From: Minisyncoccota bacterium
Lineage (GTDB): Bacteria; Patescibacteriota; Minisyncoccia; Phycocordibacterales; UBA918
Assembly: GCA_041389025.1 (NCBI GenBank)
Contig: JAWKSP010000001.1
Coordinates: 414,663-478,662, forward strand
Reading direction: 5' to 3'
Length of the DNA: 64,000 nucleotides
Under the pieces are notes generated by a model that had not been told where the DNA came from, did not search any database, and was given only the letters and a program-made list of their open reading frames with translations. This document shows positions 50,126-59,533 of the stretch, piece after piece. Each line of letters starts with the position of its first letter. The first letter of the stretch is position 1. The position numbers were made by a program, and so were the translations under genes.

Positions 50126-50238
50126 TAAAATTAGTTTCTAAAAGATAGTATTAAACTTAAAAACAAAATCCCTTTTAGGGATTTTGTTTTTTTATTGATA
50201 GTGTATATGTAGTTAATGATCTTTGTTATACTAATTTT

Positions 50239-50622
50239 ATGAAAACTATTTTAGTTGATGCAATTTATTGTTTTGTATCGGATCAGGGTGAGGTGTTTCA
50301 GGAAATGTATGAGCTTTTGGAAACTTATCCAAATCCGAAAATTCTTCTGACCGGTGCCGATGATGAGCAATTTAAAAAATGGAATTTGACCGCCATGCCC
50401 TATGAAGTGTTTACACTTAAACATAATCCAGAAAAGACTAGTCCTGAATATTATAAAACTATGTTAGCTAAGTTTAATCTTAAGTCTGACGAAGTGATTT
50501 ACTTTGAGCATAATATTGAGGCGGTAAAAAGCGCTGAATCAATTGGTATAAAATCTTATTTTTATGATGATGGTACTAAAGACTTGGTTGGACTTAAAAA
50601 TTTTTTAGATACTAATTTATAG
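50239..50622 (+). CDS. Hypothetical protein
   Basis: 127-aa ORF, no motif recognised. Confidence 0.4.
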   Translation: MKTILVDAIYCFVSDQGEVFQEMYELLETYPNPKILLTGADDEQFKKWNLTAMPYEVFTLKHNPEKTSPEYYKTMLAKFNLKSDEVIYFEHNIEAVKSAESIGIKSYFYDDGTKDLVGLKNFLDTNL

Positions 50623-50688
50623 GTATACCAAATATATAATGGTAGATTCACAAGATTCTGTTATCTTTATTTGTGTTATACTCACTTT

Positions 50689-51123
50689 ATGTCAAAAGAA
50701 TTTGTAGTTAGATGCCGAGCGATTATTATGCACGAAGGTAAGTTGTTAGTAGTGAGACATGTTCACGATACTTCGTATATGTGCTTGCCGGGTGGTCATT
50801 TGGAGTTTGGAGAAGATATTATTTCTTGTATGAAACGAGAAATTGTAGAGGAGTTAGGAATAGAGCCTGAAGTTGGACAATTGCTTTATGTAAATACATT
50901 TACGGTTGGTGATATAAAGCAACCGGTAGAATTTTTCTTTGCGGTCAAAAATTCAGCTGATTATCTTAAGATAGGCGAAAACGAAAGAACTCATGCTCAT
51001 GAGTTGGAAGATTTCGAATGGATTGATCCGACTACTGAAGAAAGGCTGTTACCTGAAAAATTTGCTGAGGAATTTCGGGCAGGTCATATTGATCTTGATA
51101 AGACTAAATTTTTGATGGGTTAA
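50689..51123 (+). CDS. NUDIX hydrolase
   Basis: Nudix box GGHLEFGEDIISCMKREIVEELGI. Confidence 0.7.
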   Translation: MSKEFVVRCRAIIMHEGKLLVVRHVHDTSYMCLPGGHLEFGEDIISCMKREIVEELGIEPEVGQLLYVNTFTVGDIKQPVEFFFAVKNSADYLKIGENERTHAHELEDFEWIDPTTEERLLPEKFAEEFRAGHIDLDKTKFLMG

Positions 51124-51170
51124 ATATAAAGATTTGTAAATACGTTTGACAACTCTGGTATGATTAAAGC

Positions 51171-53180
51171 ATGGAGCACACACATCATAGTGGACATGGA
51201 CACGGTCCTTTAATGGGTCATGGTTCTGCCGAGACTTTTTTGAAACGATTTTGGATTGTAACTTTTTTGTTGATTCCGCTGGTGTTTGCGAACCAGATGG
51301 TAATGCAGGCGGTGGGGTTTGAAGCCTATACTTTAAGTAAATGGTTCGGCTTTCTAATCGCCACGGTGATTTTTGGTTTTGCTTTAGTGTTTTTTGAACA
51401 TGCGTGGCACGAGATAAAGGCCAAACAGTACGGCATGATGACCTTAGTGTCGTTAGCTGTCGGAGCCGGATATTTATTTTCAGTTGTCGCAACTTTTGTT
51501 CCGACGCTAGAAGCGGATTTTTATTTGGAAATCTCAACTCTTATCTGGGTGCTTTTGTTTGGTCATTATTTGGAAGCTAAATCAGGAGCGGCGGCTGGTA
51601 ATGCTTTATCCTTGGTAGCGAAACTTCTACCTAAAAAAGCCCATCGCTTGGTTAATGATAGAGAAGAGGAGATCGAAGTGAGTGAACTAAAGGTTGGTGA
51701 TTTGGTATTGGTGAAGCCAGGTGAAAAGATTCCGGCAGATGGTGTGGTCGTGTCGGGTGCGGCAAATGTTGACGAGGCTCTTATTAGTGGTGAGTCAAAA
51801 CCCTTAGAAAAGAAAGTTAATGATGAGGTGGTAGCTGGTTCTATTTGTCTTGATGGTTCTTTGACCGTTCGCTTGACTAGAGTAGGTGAGCATTCAACTA
51901 TTGGTCAAATTCAAAACTTGATTACTAAAGCCCAATTAACTAAACCAAAGTCACAACGGTTGGCTGACAAGGCAGCAGCAATTTTGACCGCGGTAGCGGC
52001 TGTTACAGCACTTCTGACTGTTTTGGTGTGGTCGTTAATTTTAGGCGAAACCTTGGTTTTCTCGATTACTCTTGCGATCACGGTTTTGGTTATTGCTTGT
52101 CCGCATGCGCTTGGTTTGGCTATTCCGACGGTCACTACTATCACTACTTCAATTGCTATTAAGAATGGTTTTTTTATAAAAAATTTGGCTAAGCTCGAAG
52201 TACTTAAGAAAGTTAGTTATGTTGTATTTGATAAAACTGGTACTTTGACCACTGGTGAATTTGGTGTGAGTGAAGTGCTTTCGATAGAGGGTGTAGAAAA
52301 AGATAGTGTATTGGCAGTGGCTGCTTCTTTAGAACAACACTCCTCACATATTATCGGCCGATCTATAGTCGAGTACGCAAAAAAGAAAGATGTAAGATTG
52401 CACTCAATTGGAAACTTTAAAAATGTGGCCGGTAAAGGTATTCAAGCGGAGATATCTGGAGAAGTATTTTTGGTTGGTAACACTGCCATGATGAAATCTT
52501 TTGGAGTAGAAATTGATGTTATAAAAGAAAAATATTTAGAGTTATCAGAAAGGGGTAAGACAGTAGTTTTTGTAGCTAGGCAAAAACAACTAATTGGTCT
52601 TATTGGTTTGTCAGACACTATCAAAAAAGAAGCTGCTTTGGCAGTTGATCGTTTGCATGATATGGGAATTAAAGTAGCTATGTTAACGGGAGATAATCAG
52701 GCGGTAGCTAAAGCAGTGGCGGAAGAATTAAAAATCGATACATACTTTGCTGAAGTTTTGCCGGAAGATAAGTACCAGCGTATTAAGTCTTTACAGGAAA
52801 AAGGTGGAGTAGTGGTGATGATTGGTGATGGGGTGAATGATGCTCCGGCCTTAACTCAAGCTGATGTGGGGGTCGCAATCGGAGCCGGTACGGATGTAGC
52901 GGTTGAGGCGGGAGATGTGGTACTGACTCGAAATAATCCTGAGGATGTAGTTCGGCTTATAATTTTGGCCAAGAAAGTTTATGTAAAGATGGTGCAGAAT
53001 TTAGGGTGGGCACTTGGTTACAATATCGTTGCTATTCCAGCTGCCGCCGGTGTGTTCTCGAGTCAAATTTTCTTTGGCGGTTTTCTCTTAAGACCAGAAA
53101 TCGGAGCTTTAATAATGAGTTTATCAACCGTAATTGTGGTGGTTAATGCGCTGTTATTAAAGAAGATTAATTTAAAGTAA
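51171..53180 (+). CDS. copB: P1B-type heavy-metal ATPase, CopB-like (CPH motif, His-rich N-terminus)
   Basis: N-terminal HTHHSGHGHGPLMGHGS, TM6 CPH, DKTGTLT phosphorylation site, GDGVNDAP hinge. Confidence 0.85.
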   Translation: MEHTHHSGHGHGPLMGHGSAETFLKRFWIVTFLLIPLVFANQMVMQAVGFEAYTLSKWFGFLIATVIFGFALVFFEHAWHEIKAKQYGMMTLVSLAVGAGYLFSVVATFVPTLEADFYLEISTLIWVLLFGHYLEAKSGAAAGNALSLVAKLLPKKAHRLVNDREEEIEVSELKVGDLVLVKPGEKIPADGVVVSGAANVDEALISGESKPLEKKVNDEVVAGSICLDGSLTVRLTRVGEHSTIGQIQNLITKAQLTKPKSQRLADKAAAILTAVAAVTALLTVLVWSLILGETLVFSITLAITVLVIACPHALGLAIPTVTTITTSIAIKNGFFIKNLAKLEVLKKVSYVVFDKTGTLTTGEFGVSEVLSIEGVEKDSVLAVAASLEQHSSHIIGRSIVEYAKKKDVRLHSIGNFKNVAGKGIQAEISGEVFLVGNTAMMKSFGVEIDVIKEKYLELSERGKTVVFVARQKQLIGLIGLSDTIKKEAALAVDRLHDMGIKVAMLTGDNQAVAKAVAEELKIDTYFAEVLPEDKYQRIKSLQEKGGVVVMIGDGVNDAPALTQADVGVAIGAGTDVAVEAGDVVLTRNNPEDVVRLIILAKKVYVKMVQNLGWALGYNIVAIPAAAGVFSSQIFFGGFLLRPEIGALIMSLSTVIVVVNALLLKKINLK

Positions 53181-53248
53181 AAGTTTTTATAGGAATTTTA
53201 AAGCAATTACTTTTTTGTTTTTAAGTTAGTCAAGTATGAATTATTGTA

Positions 53249-53273
53249 CATAGGGTACCCCCTATGCTATAAT
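53249..53273 (+). promoter_or_regulatory. G/C-tract palindromic operator CATAGGG-TACC-CCCTATG fused to TATAAT -10; ATG 6 nt downstream
   Basis: Resembles CsoR/RcnR-type operators (TAxxGGG..CCCxxTA). Confidence 0.55.
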
Positions 53274-53279
53274 TTAAAA

Positions 53280-53534
53280 ATGCAGAAAGAAAGAAAAGAA
53301 ATTATAAATCATATCAGTCGACTGGAAGGGCAGTTGGCTAGAGTTAAGCAAGAATTGCAGAGTAGTGAGGTGGATTGTGTAAAAGCTAGTACCATACTGC
53401 TTTCAGCCTCTCGTTCGTTTGCTGGCTTGCGGCAAAAGTTCACAGAGGCATTTTTACTTAAATATTTTATTGGTTCAATTAATAGTAAAAACGAAGAGGT
53501 ATTTGAAAAATTAATAGCTTTAATTAAAGGATAG
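53280..53534 (+). CDS. CsoR/RcnR/FrmR-family metal- or persulfide-sensing transcriptional repressor (single Cys)
   Basis: 84 aa all-helical, HISRLEGQLARVKQEL ... VDCVKASTILLSA matching DUF156 family layout. Confidence 0.65.
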   Translation: MQKERKEIINHISRLEGQLARVKQELQSSEVDCVKASTILLSASRSFAGLRQKFTEAFLLKYFIGSINSKNEEVFEKLIALIKG

Positions 53535-53538
53535 TTCT

Positions 53539-54063
53539 ATGAAAAATATTTCAGTTGATGCGTTTAGAGAAATATTGGACGTTGAAAAAAATAATCAAAG
53601 AATAGATTTTATTAATGTTTGCGAACCAACTGAATACAGGTCAGAAAAAATTAATGGAGTACGCAACGTGCCATTAGGTGAAATAGATAAACATTTAGAA
53701 GAATTTTCTGATAAAGAAGTGGTCTATGTTCATTGCAGAAGTGGTAATCGTAGTCAGAAAGCTATTGAGAAAATGGAACTAGCTGGGGTTAGGGCACGCT
53801 TGGTTAATGTGAATGGTGGTTTATTAGCTTGGAACGAAGCTGGGTTTGAAACGACCTCAGAAATGAATAGTGGTATTCCACTAATTAGACAAGTTTTTTT
53901 GGTAGCGGGACTTTTAGTACTTGTTGGTATCTTGGGGTTTTATTTTGTTAGTGAAACTTTTCTACTTTTAGTAGTTTTGGTTGGAGGTGGACTTACTTTT
54001 TCTGGTTTAACCGGACATTGTGGCATGGCTTTATTTTTATCTAAAATGCCATGGAACAAATAA
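53539..54063 (+). CDS. Rhodanese-domain sulfurtransferase with C-terminal two-TM anchor (YgaP-like)
   Basis: Active-site loop CRSGNRS; C-terminal hydrophobic pair. Confidence 0.75.
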   Translation: MKNISVDAFREILDVEKNNQRIDFINVCEPTEYRSEKINGVRNVPLGEIDKHLEEFSDKEVVYVHCRSGNRSQKAIEKMELAGVRARLVNVNGGLLAWNEAGFETTSEMNSGIPLIRQVFLVAGLLVLVGILGFYFVSETFLLLVVLVGGGLTFSGLTGHCGMALFLSKMPWNK

Positions 54064-54089
54064 TTTATAAATAAACACTAAATTATATT

Positions 54090-54857
54090 ATGAAATACGT
54101 CTTATTTTTTGTAGCTGCTGTAGGAATTTGGGTTACTTATCAATTTGTTAGTAATGAAGAGTCTGGGATGGTGAATAATGAAGGGCAATCTAGCGAACAG
54201 ATTAATGTTACAAGTAGTGTTAATAAGGATAGTTTAGAAGAAGATTATGTAATTGATCGGTCTGATTTTGTTGATGTTTCAGCTATTGTGTCAGAAATGT
54301 CATTGGAAGAAGTTGTTACAAAAGAATCTGTATTATCAGAGACTGAAATTAGATGGCTTTCTTATATGAGAGAAGAAGAAAAGCTGGCACGTGATGTCTA
54401 CCAAAAATTATATGAAATTTGGGATTTAAATATTTTTTCCAATATTGCCAAAAGTGAAGAGACACATACTGAAGCAGTTAAAGAATTGATTAGTCGATAC
54501 AGTCTAACCGATCCGGTTTTGGATGATACAGTTGGGGTTTTTAGTAATGAAGAATTAGCTTTGCTTTATACTGATTTGGTTAGTCAGGGTTCAGTGTCTT
54601 TAGAGGAAGCTTTGGCGGTTGGAGCAACAATTGAGGACTTAGATATAAGAGATTTGCAAATAGCAGTTGAAGAATCAAAGCAAGAAGATATAATTGTCGT
54701 CTACAAAAATCTCATGAAAGGGTCAAGAAACCATTTACGGGCTTTTAATAAACAGTTAGAGAAAAGAACCGGAATACCTTATCAAGCCAAATATATATCC
54801 GATGAAGAGTTAAAAGAAATAATAAATACTGATACGGAAAGAGGTTATATTAGATAA
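54090..54857 (+). CDS. Membrane-anchored ferritin-like (DUF2202-like) protein
   Basis: N-terminal TM; EExxAxxxY / EExH helical repeats. Confidence 0.4.
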   Translation: MKYVLFFVAAVGIWVTYQFVSNEESGMVNNEGQSSEQINVTSSVNKDSLEEDYVIDRSDFVDVSAIVSEMSLEEVVTKESVLSETEIRWLSYMREEEKLARDVYQKLYEIWDLNIFSNIAKSEETHTEAVKELISRYSLTDPVLDDTVGVFSNEELALLYTDLVSQGSVSLEEALAVGATIEDLDIRDLQIAVEESKQEDIIVVYKNLMKGSRNHLRAFNKQLEKRTGIPYQAKYISDEELKEIINTDTERGYIR

Positions 54858-54906
54858 TCTAAATCATAAAAGTCATTAAATAAAATCTAAACAAGTAAAA
54901 TTTATT

Positions 54907-55833
54907 ATGGATTATAAACAGTTTTTAGAGTATGAGCCGGAAGTACAAGGTTTTTTTGATCCAATAACTAATACTATTAGTTATGTGGTGACGGATAAAG
55001 AAACTAAAAAATGCGCCATTATTGATAGTGTCATGGATTTTGATCAGGCTGGCGGTGGCATATATTTTGATCAGGCTGAATTGATGGTTGATTATATAAA
55101 AAATAACAAATATCAAGTAGAATGGATTTTAGAAACTCATGTTCATGCTGATCATTTATCAGCTGCTCCGTATCTTAAGGAGAAGTTGGGTGGAAAAATG
55201 GCAATTGGTAAATATATAAAAGAAGTACAGGAGATTTTTGGAAAAGTATTTAATGAAGGTACTGAGTTTGCTCGTGATGGTAGTCAGTTTGATAGACTAT
55301 GGAATGATGGGGATCAATTTTCACTTGGCAATATATCAGCTTTAGCGATACATACACCAGGACATACACCGGCCGACATGGTTTATGTTATCGGTAATGC
55401 CGTGTTTGCCGGTGACACGATGTTTATGCCTGATTTTGGTACAGCAAGATGTGATTTTCCTGGCGGCAGTGCTAGGAGTATGTACGATTCAACTAAAAAA
55501 ATTTTTGCTCTACCAGATGAAATGCGGATGTTTATGTGTCACGATTATCTACCGGAAGGACGAACTGAATACCAATGGGAAACAACCGTTGGTGAACAAA
55601 AGAAAAATAATGTTCATCTTAAGGCTGGAACTGAACCTGATCGATTTATAGAAATGAGAGAAAAAAGAGATTTAGCTCTTGGTATGCCGAGATTGATAAT
55701 ACCTTCTATTCAAGTAAATATGCGTGGTGGTAATTTTCCTTATAAAGAAAGTAATGATACTGTTTATTTAAAAACTCCCATTAATAGTATTTTTTCTAAA
55801 AAATTATCTAAAATTCAGCTCGGTAAAGATTAG
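54907..55833 (+). CDS. MBL-fold metallohydrolase, persulfide dioxygenase (ETHE1/Blh)-like
   Basis: HVHADH metal motif, HTPGHTPADMV ETHE1-like motif, downstream D/H ligands. Confidence 0.7.
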   Translation: MDYKQFLEYEPEVQGFFDPITNTISYVVTDKETKKCAIIDSVMDFDQAGGGIYFDQAELMVDYIKNNKYQVEWILETHVHADHLSAAPYLKEKLGGKMAIGKYIKEVQEIFGKVFNEGTEFARDGSQFDRLWNDGDQFSLGNISALAIHTPGHTPADMVYVIGNAVFAGDTMFMPDFGTARCDFPGGSARSMYDSTKKIFALPDEMRMFMCHDYLPEGRTEYQWETTVGEQKKNNVHLKAGTEPDRFIEMREKRDLALGMPRLIIPSIQVNMRGGNFPYKESNDTVYLKTPINSIFSKKLSKIQLGKD

Positions 55834-55887
55834 GACTACTTACAAGTTTGTTGTATATTTAAGTTATTAGTTTTAACCACTTAAATT

Positions 55888-56202
55888 ATGATTACAACAA
55901 CAATTGATTATGTACCAAATCGAGAAATTGGAGAGCTTCTTGGTATAGCTAGGGGAAGTACGGTTCGGTCCAGACATTTAGGTCGTGATATAACCGCTAT
56001 GTTTAAAAATATTGTTGGTGGAGAAATAGAGGAGTATACCAAACTACAAGCTGATGCTAGAGAGCAGGCTCTGCAAAGGTTGGTTAAGGATGCTGAAAGG
56101 CTGGGAGCTGATGCGGTAATTGGTCTTCGAATAACAACCACTGTTGTGTCTCAAGGGTCGGCTGAGATATTGGTTTATGGTACAGCGGTTAAACTTAAGT
56201 AG
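55888..56202 (+). CDS. YbjQ/UPF0145 heavy-metal-binding domain protein
   Basis: 104 aa, GADAVIGLRITTTVV...AEILVYGTAVKL typical YbjQ. Confidence 0.75.
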   Translation: MITTTIDYVPNREIGELLGIARGSTVRSRHLGRDITAMFKNIVGGEIEEYTKLQADAREQALQRLVKDAERLGADAVIGLRITTTVVSQGSAEILVYGTAVKLK

Positions 56203-56211
56203 AAAGTAAAT

Positions 56212-56328
56212 TATGTTTATTCCAGCAGAGGTTTTATTTTGGTTAATCTTTTGGGTAATGTTGGCTTATTTTGCTTGGCGACGATTCAAGGTTAAGGAAC
56301 AAGAAGATTTTGAAGATAGAGATAATTA
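56212..56328 (+). CDS. Small membrane protein (38 aa), not in ORF track
   Basis: MFIPAEVLFWLIFWVMLAYFAWRRFKVKEQEDFEDRDN; weak RBS. Confidence 0.25.
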
Positions 56329-56345
56329 AGATTTAAGTTTTAAAA

Positions 56346-56377
56346 AAGCTGTATGTCTAATAGACATACAGCTTTTT
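56346..56377 (+). terminator. Rho-independent terminator
   Basis: gctgtatgtct-aata-gacatacagc + T5. Confidence 0.7.
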
Positions 56378-56401
56378 AGAATTTGGTATTACTTTTTAGG
56401 T

Positions 56402-56827
56402 TTAGCTCTCAGCTAAACTTTTTTTTGACGACCATTCAGCTCTTTTTTCTAGTAAGTAAGTTCTTAACATTTTTGACAACTTGCCTAGATGCTTACAAGC
56501 TAAAAAATCTTGTACTGACAACTCAATTGTGTTTAGTACTTGATGTTGGTCTTTATTTTCAAGTATGTACAGTATAATGATGTTTTCTGATCGGTTGGTT
56601 GGCCAATCTATTTTTGTAACGAACTCTAACCCCTTTGTCATTTTTATGCCGGTTTTTTCTGATATCACTGCTTTGGCAACTTCATCCGGCTTTTCTCCTT
56701 TTGACATTGTTTTGTTTGGTAATTGGTAACGTTTTTTACCTTTGTCGGCTACACAAACTATTGATTCAGAATTGTTGTTAAATACAAGCACTACAACTGT
56801 TTTACAGGTTGGATTTGCGTTATTCAT
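56402..56827 (-). CDS. Hypothetical protein (possible degenerate Nudix-like fold)
   Basis: AGGAGG RBS 7 nt upstream; GEKPDEVAKAVISEKTGI weakly Nudix-box-like. Confidence 0.45.
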   Translation of the reverse strand: MNNANPTCKTVVVLVFNNNSESIVCVADKGKKRYQLPNKTMSKGEKPDEVAKAVISEKTGIKMTKGLEFVTKIDWPTNRSENIIILYILENKDQHQVLNTIELSVQDFLACKHLGKLSKMLRTYLLEKRAEWSSKKSLAES

Positions 56828-56951
56828 CGTACACCTCCTTTATTTATTTTAAAAATTCAAGGGACAATTCAATAATTTTTTAGCAAATTTTTGATAAAAA
56901 GTAAATGTTTTCCCTTTACTAATTTTTTAGATAAAATAATTACGGTGTAAT

Positions 56952-57326
56952 TTAGTCTGTTAGGATATTTAACTTCACTTTTTTAACTATATCCTCTAAG
57001 CTACTATGAGCTTTTATAATATAGTCGACAATACCACCTTGGTGGGCTGAAGCGACGTTTTTTACGTCATCCATGGCGGTTAAGATAATCACTTTAGCCT
57101 TTTGTCCCCAATGATCTTCTCTTAGTCGGGTCAAAGTTTCGTGACCGTCCATTATCGGCATAATAATATCAAGAAGGATTAAATCAGGTTTTATTTCTAG
57201 AGCTTTTTTAAGACCAATCTCTCCATTTTCAGCTGTTTCAACCAAAAAACCAGCTTCAGCGATAGCTTCAGCCATGGCTTCCCTGATATCTGGCTCATCT
57301 TCTATAATCAAGATTTTTTTATTCAT
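56952..57326 (-). CDS. Single-domain response regulator receiver
   Basis: ILIIEDEPD, DLILLDIIMPIMDG, T and K positions conserved. Confidence 0.8.
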   Translation of the reverse strand: MNKKILIIEDEPDIREAMAEAIAEAGFLVETAENGEIGLKKALEIKPDLILLDIIMPIMDGHETLTRLREDHWGQKAKVIILTAMDDVKNVASAHQGGIVDYIIKAHSSLEDIVKKVKLNILTD

Positions 57327-57414
57327 AAGCTTTTAATTTTTTATCAATAATAACATACATAATATAAATTATATTTATTGGATTACCGGCTTTGACTTGG
57401 TATGATTACTGGTA

Positions 57415-58629
57415 ATGATGGAATACGTGCTTATAGCTATACTTATTTCAATATTACCAGTCACTTTTCTGGTTGGATTGAATGTTGATTTTTGGTTGGT
57501 TCTAATCGTGTCATTATTACAATTTATTGTTGGTATCATTTATATTTACTTCAATAAAAAAAATAAAGATGAATTAAATATAAAGCTAAACACTTTAACT
57601 GGTGATAGATTTTTATTTCTATATGAACGGAGTCCAACCCCTTATTTAATTATAAATCAGTCAGGTAAAATTCTTATGTCTAATCCGGCGGCGATTAGTT
57701 TATTTTCAGCTACTACTGATAGTCTGCCGGAGATAAATTTTTATGAGAGATTACATTTTGTAAAAGAAGTAGACTCAGAGGTGATTGAAGGTAAAATTAA
57801 TTCTGGACAAACCATAAACGGAAAAGAATTACAAATAGAAACATTGGCTGGAGAAATGAAGTGGATTTCTATGTCGGTTTTTCGTTATGAAGCTGAAGAA
57901 CAAAGACTGGTTTCTTTAATTGATATCACTAGAGCTAAGTTGGTGGATACAGCCAAGACCGAATTTGTGGCTCTAGCGACACATCAACTCAGAACTCCGA
58001 TTTCTGCTATTAGATGGAATTTTGAATTATTACAAAAGAAGTTTCAAAATTCTATAACTGAAGAACAACAAAAGTATATGGGTAAAATTGAGCGGAATAT
58101 TTTTCGAATGATCGCCCTAATTGATGATTTTTTGAATGTTTCAAAATTAGAAACCGGAACTTTTGCCACTGATTATAGAGATATAAATTTGACAGATTTT
58201 TTTGATACCATTGCTGATGAATATTTAGAAAAAATAACTGAGAAAAATATATCTTTGGAAAAATCTTATCAATTGGATAATTTAAATGTGCGTTCTGATA
58301 ATCGCTTGTTACACATAATTGTTAGTAACCTATTATCAAATGCAGTCAAGTATACAAAAACTAACGGTAAGATATATTTTTCTTACAAACAACAAGATGG
58401 TTTGGTAAATATAACAGTGGCTGATGATGGTATTGGTATTCCTAAAGGTGAAATTGATAAATTATTCTCAAAGTTTTATCGAGCCAGTAATGCTCGGTCA
58501 CATCAAACAGAAGGAACTGGACTTGGCTTATATGTAGTCAAGCAGTCGATAGAAAAATTAAAGGGTGATATAAGTGTTGTATCTGAAAATGGCCAGACTG
58601 TTTTTTCAGTTAATTTACCATTAAATTAG
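57415..58629 (+). CDS. Sensor histidine kinase (2 TM, PAS-like, HisKA, HATPase)
   Basis: H-box ATHQLRTPISAIRW, N/G1/G2 boxes (NLLSNAVKYT, DDGIGI, GTGLGL). Confidence 0.8.
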   Translation: MMEYVLIAILISILPVTFLVGLNVDFWLVLIVSLLQFIVGIIYIYFNKKNKDELNIKLNTLTGDRFLFLYERSPTPYLIINQSGKILMSNPAAISLFSATTDSLPEINFYERLHFVKEVDSEVIEGKINSGQTINGKELQIETLAGEMKWISMSVFRYEAEEQRLVSLIDITRAKLVDTAKTEFVALATHQLRTPISAIRWNFELLQKKFQNSITEEQQKYMGKIERNIFRMIALIDDFLNVSKLETGTFATDYRDINLTDFFDTIADEYLEKITEKNISLEKSYQLDNLNVRSDNRLLHIIVSNLLSNAVKYTKTNGKIYFSYKQQDGLVNITVADDGIGIPKGEIDKLFSKFYRASNARSHQTEGTGLGLYVVKQSIEKLKGDISVVSENGQTVFSVNLPLN

Positions 58630-58666
58630 CACTGGTTAACTTCTAAAAACATGCTAGGATGGGCGA

Positions 58667-59416
58667 ATGAAAACCGAGTATGAATACATATACGGCAAAC
58701 ATGCAGTAGCTGAAGCCTTGTTAAAATCACCAGAAATTGTGAAAGTGGTATTTTTGGACCAAAATTTTTCAGATGAAAAAGTACTAAAGCTACTTGATAT
58801 TGAGAATCTTTCTATCAAACCTTTAAATTTAAAAAATCCACCACGAGGAATTTCTTCTAAAGCTAATCATCAGGGAATTGTGGCGGGAATTGTGGCGGAG
58901 AAGTTGATGGTTCCATATAAGGATTTTATTAAGAATATAAAAATTAGCCAAGATACAGCTTTGTTGGTCTTGGGAGAAGTGCAGGATCCGCATAATGTTG
59001 GAGCGGTGATACGTTCTGCTGCTGCTTTTGGTTTAGCAGGGGTTTTGATTCCACCGCATAATCAAGCGCCGGTAACCGGAACGGTGATAAAAGTATCGGC
59101 CGGAATGGCTTTTCAAGTACCGTTGGTTACTATTAGTAATGTGAATACTATATTAAGGGACTTGAAAGAGCGAGGTTTTTGGATTTATGGACTTGAAGGT
59201 GATGGTGATACTAAGACTACTGAAGAAGTCTTTGATAGACCTAGTGTATTTGTATTAGGAAATGAAGGTGATGGATTGAGGCAGAAAACAAAAGAAACTT
59301 GTGATTCACTTATTTCGATACCGATTCACTCACGGTGCGAGTCTTTAAATGCGGCAGCCGCAACAGCGGTGGTTTTAGCGGCTTGGAGCGCTAGACATCA
59401 GTCAGCTTTATTTTAG
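58667..59416 (+). CDS. TrmH/SpoU-family RNA 2'-O-methyltransferase (RlmB-like)
   Basis: SpoU motifs LVLGNEGDGLR, IPIHSRCESLNAAAATAVVL; N-terminal substrate-binding domain. Confidence 0.8.
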   Translation: MKTEYEYIYGKHAVAEALLKSPEIVKVVFLDQNFSDEKVLKLLDIENLSIKPLNLKNPPRGISSKANHQGIVAGIVAEKLMVPYKDFIKNIKISQDTALLVLGEVQDPHNVGAVIRSAAAFGLAGVLIPPHNQAPVTGTVIKVSAGMAFQVPLVTISNVNTILRDLKERGFWIYGLEGDGDTKTTEEVFDRPSVFVLGNEGDGLRQKTKETCDSLISIPIHSRCESLNAAAATAVVLAAWSARHQSALF

Positions 59417-59533
59417 GATGATTGTTGACGGAGTTGGGTTTTCAGAAGTTTAAAGTATGTTAGTATAGCCGGAAGCATTAACCAAAACAGTGGTTATGAC
59501 ACGTTTATTAAGATTTAGTTATTATTTTGATTT

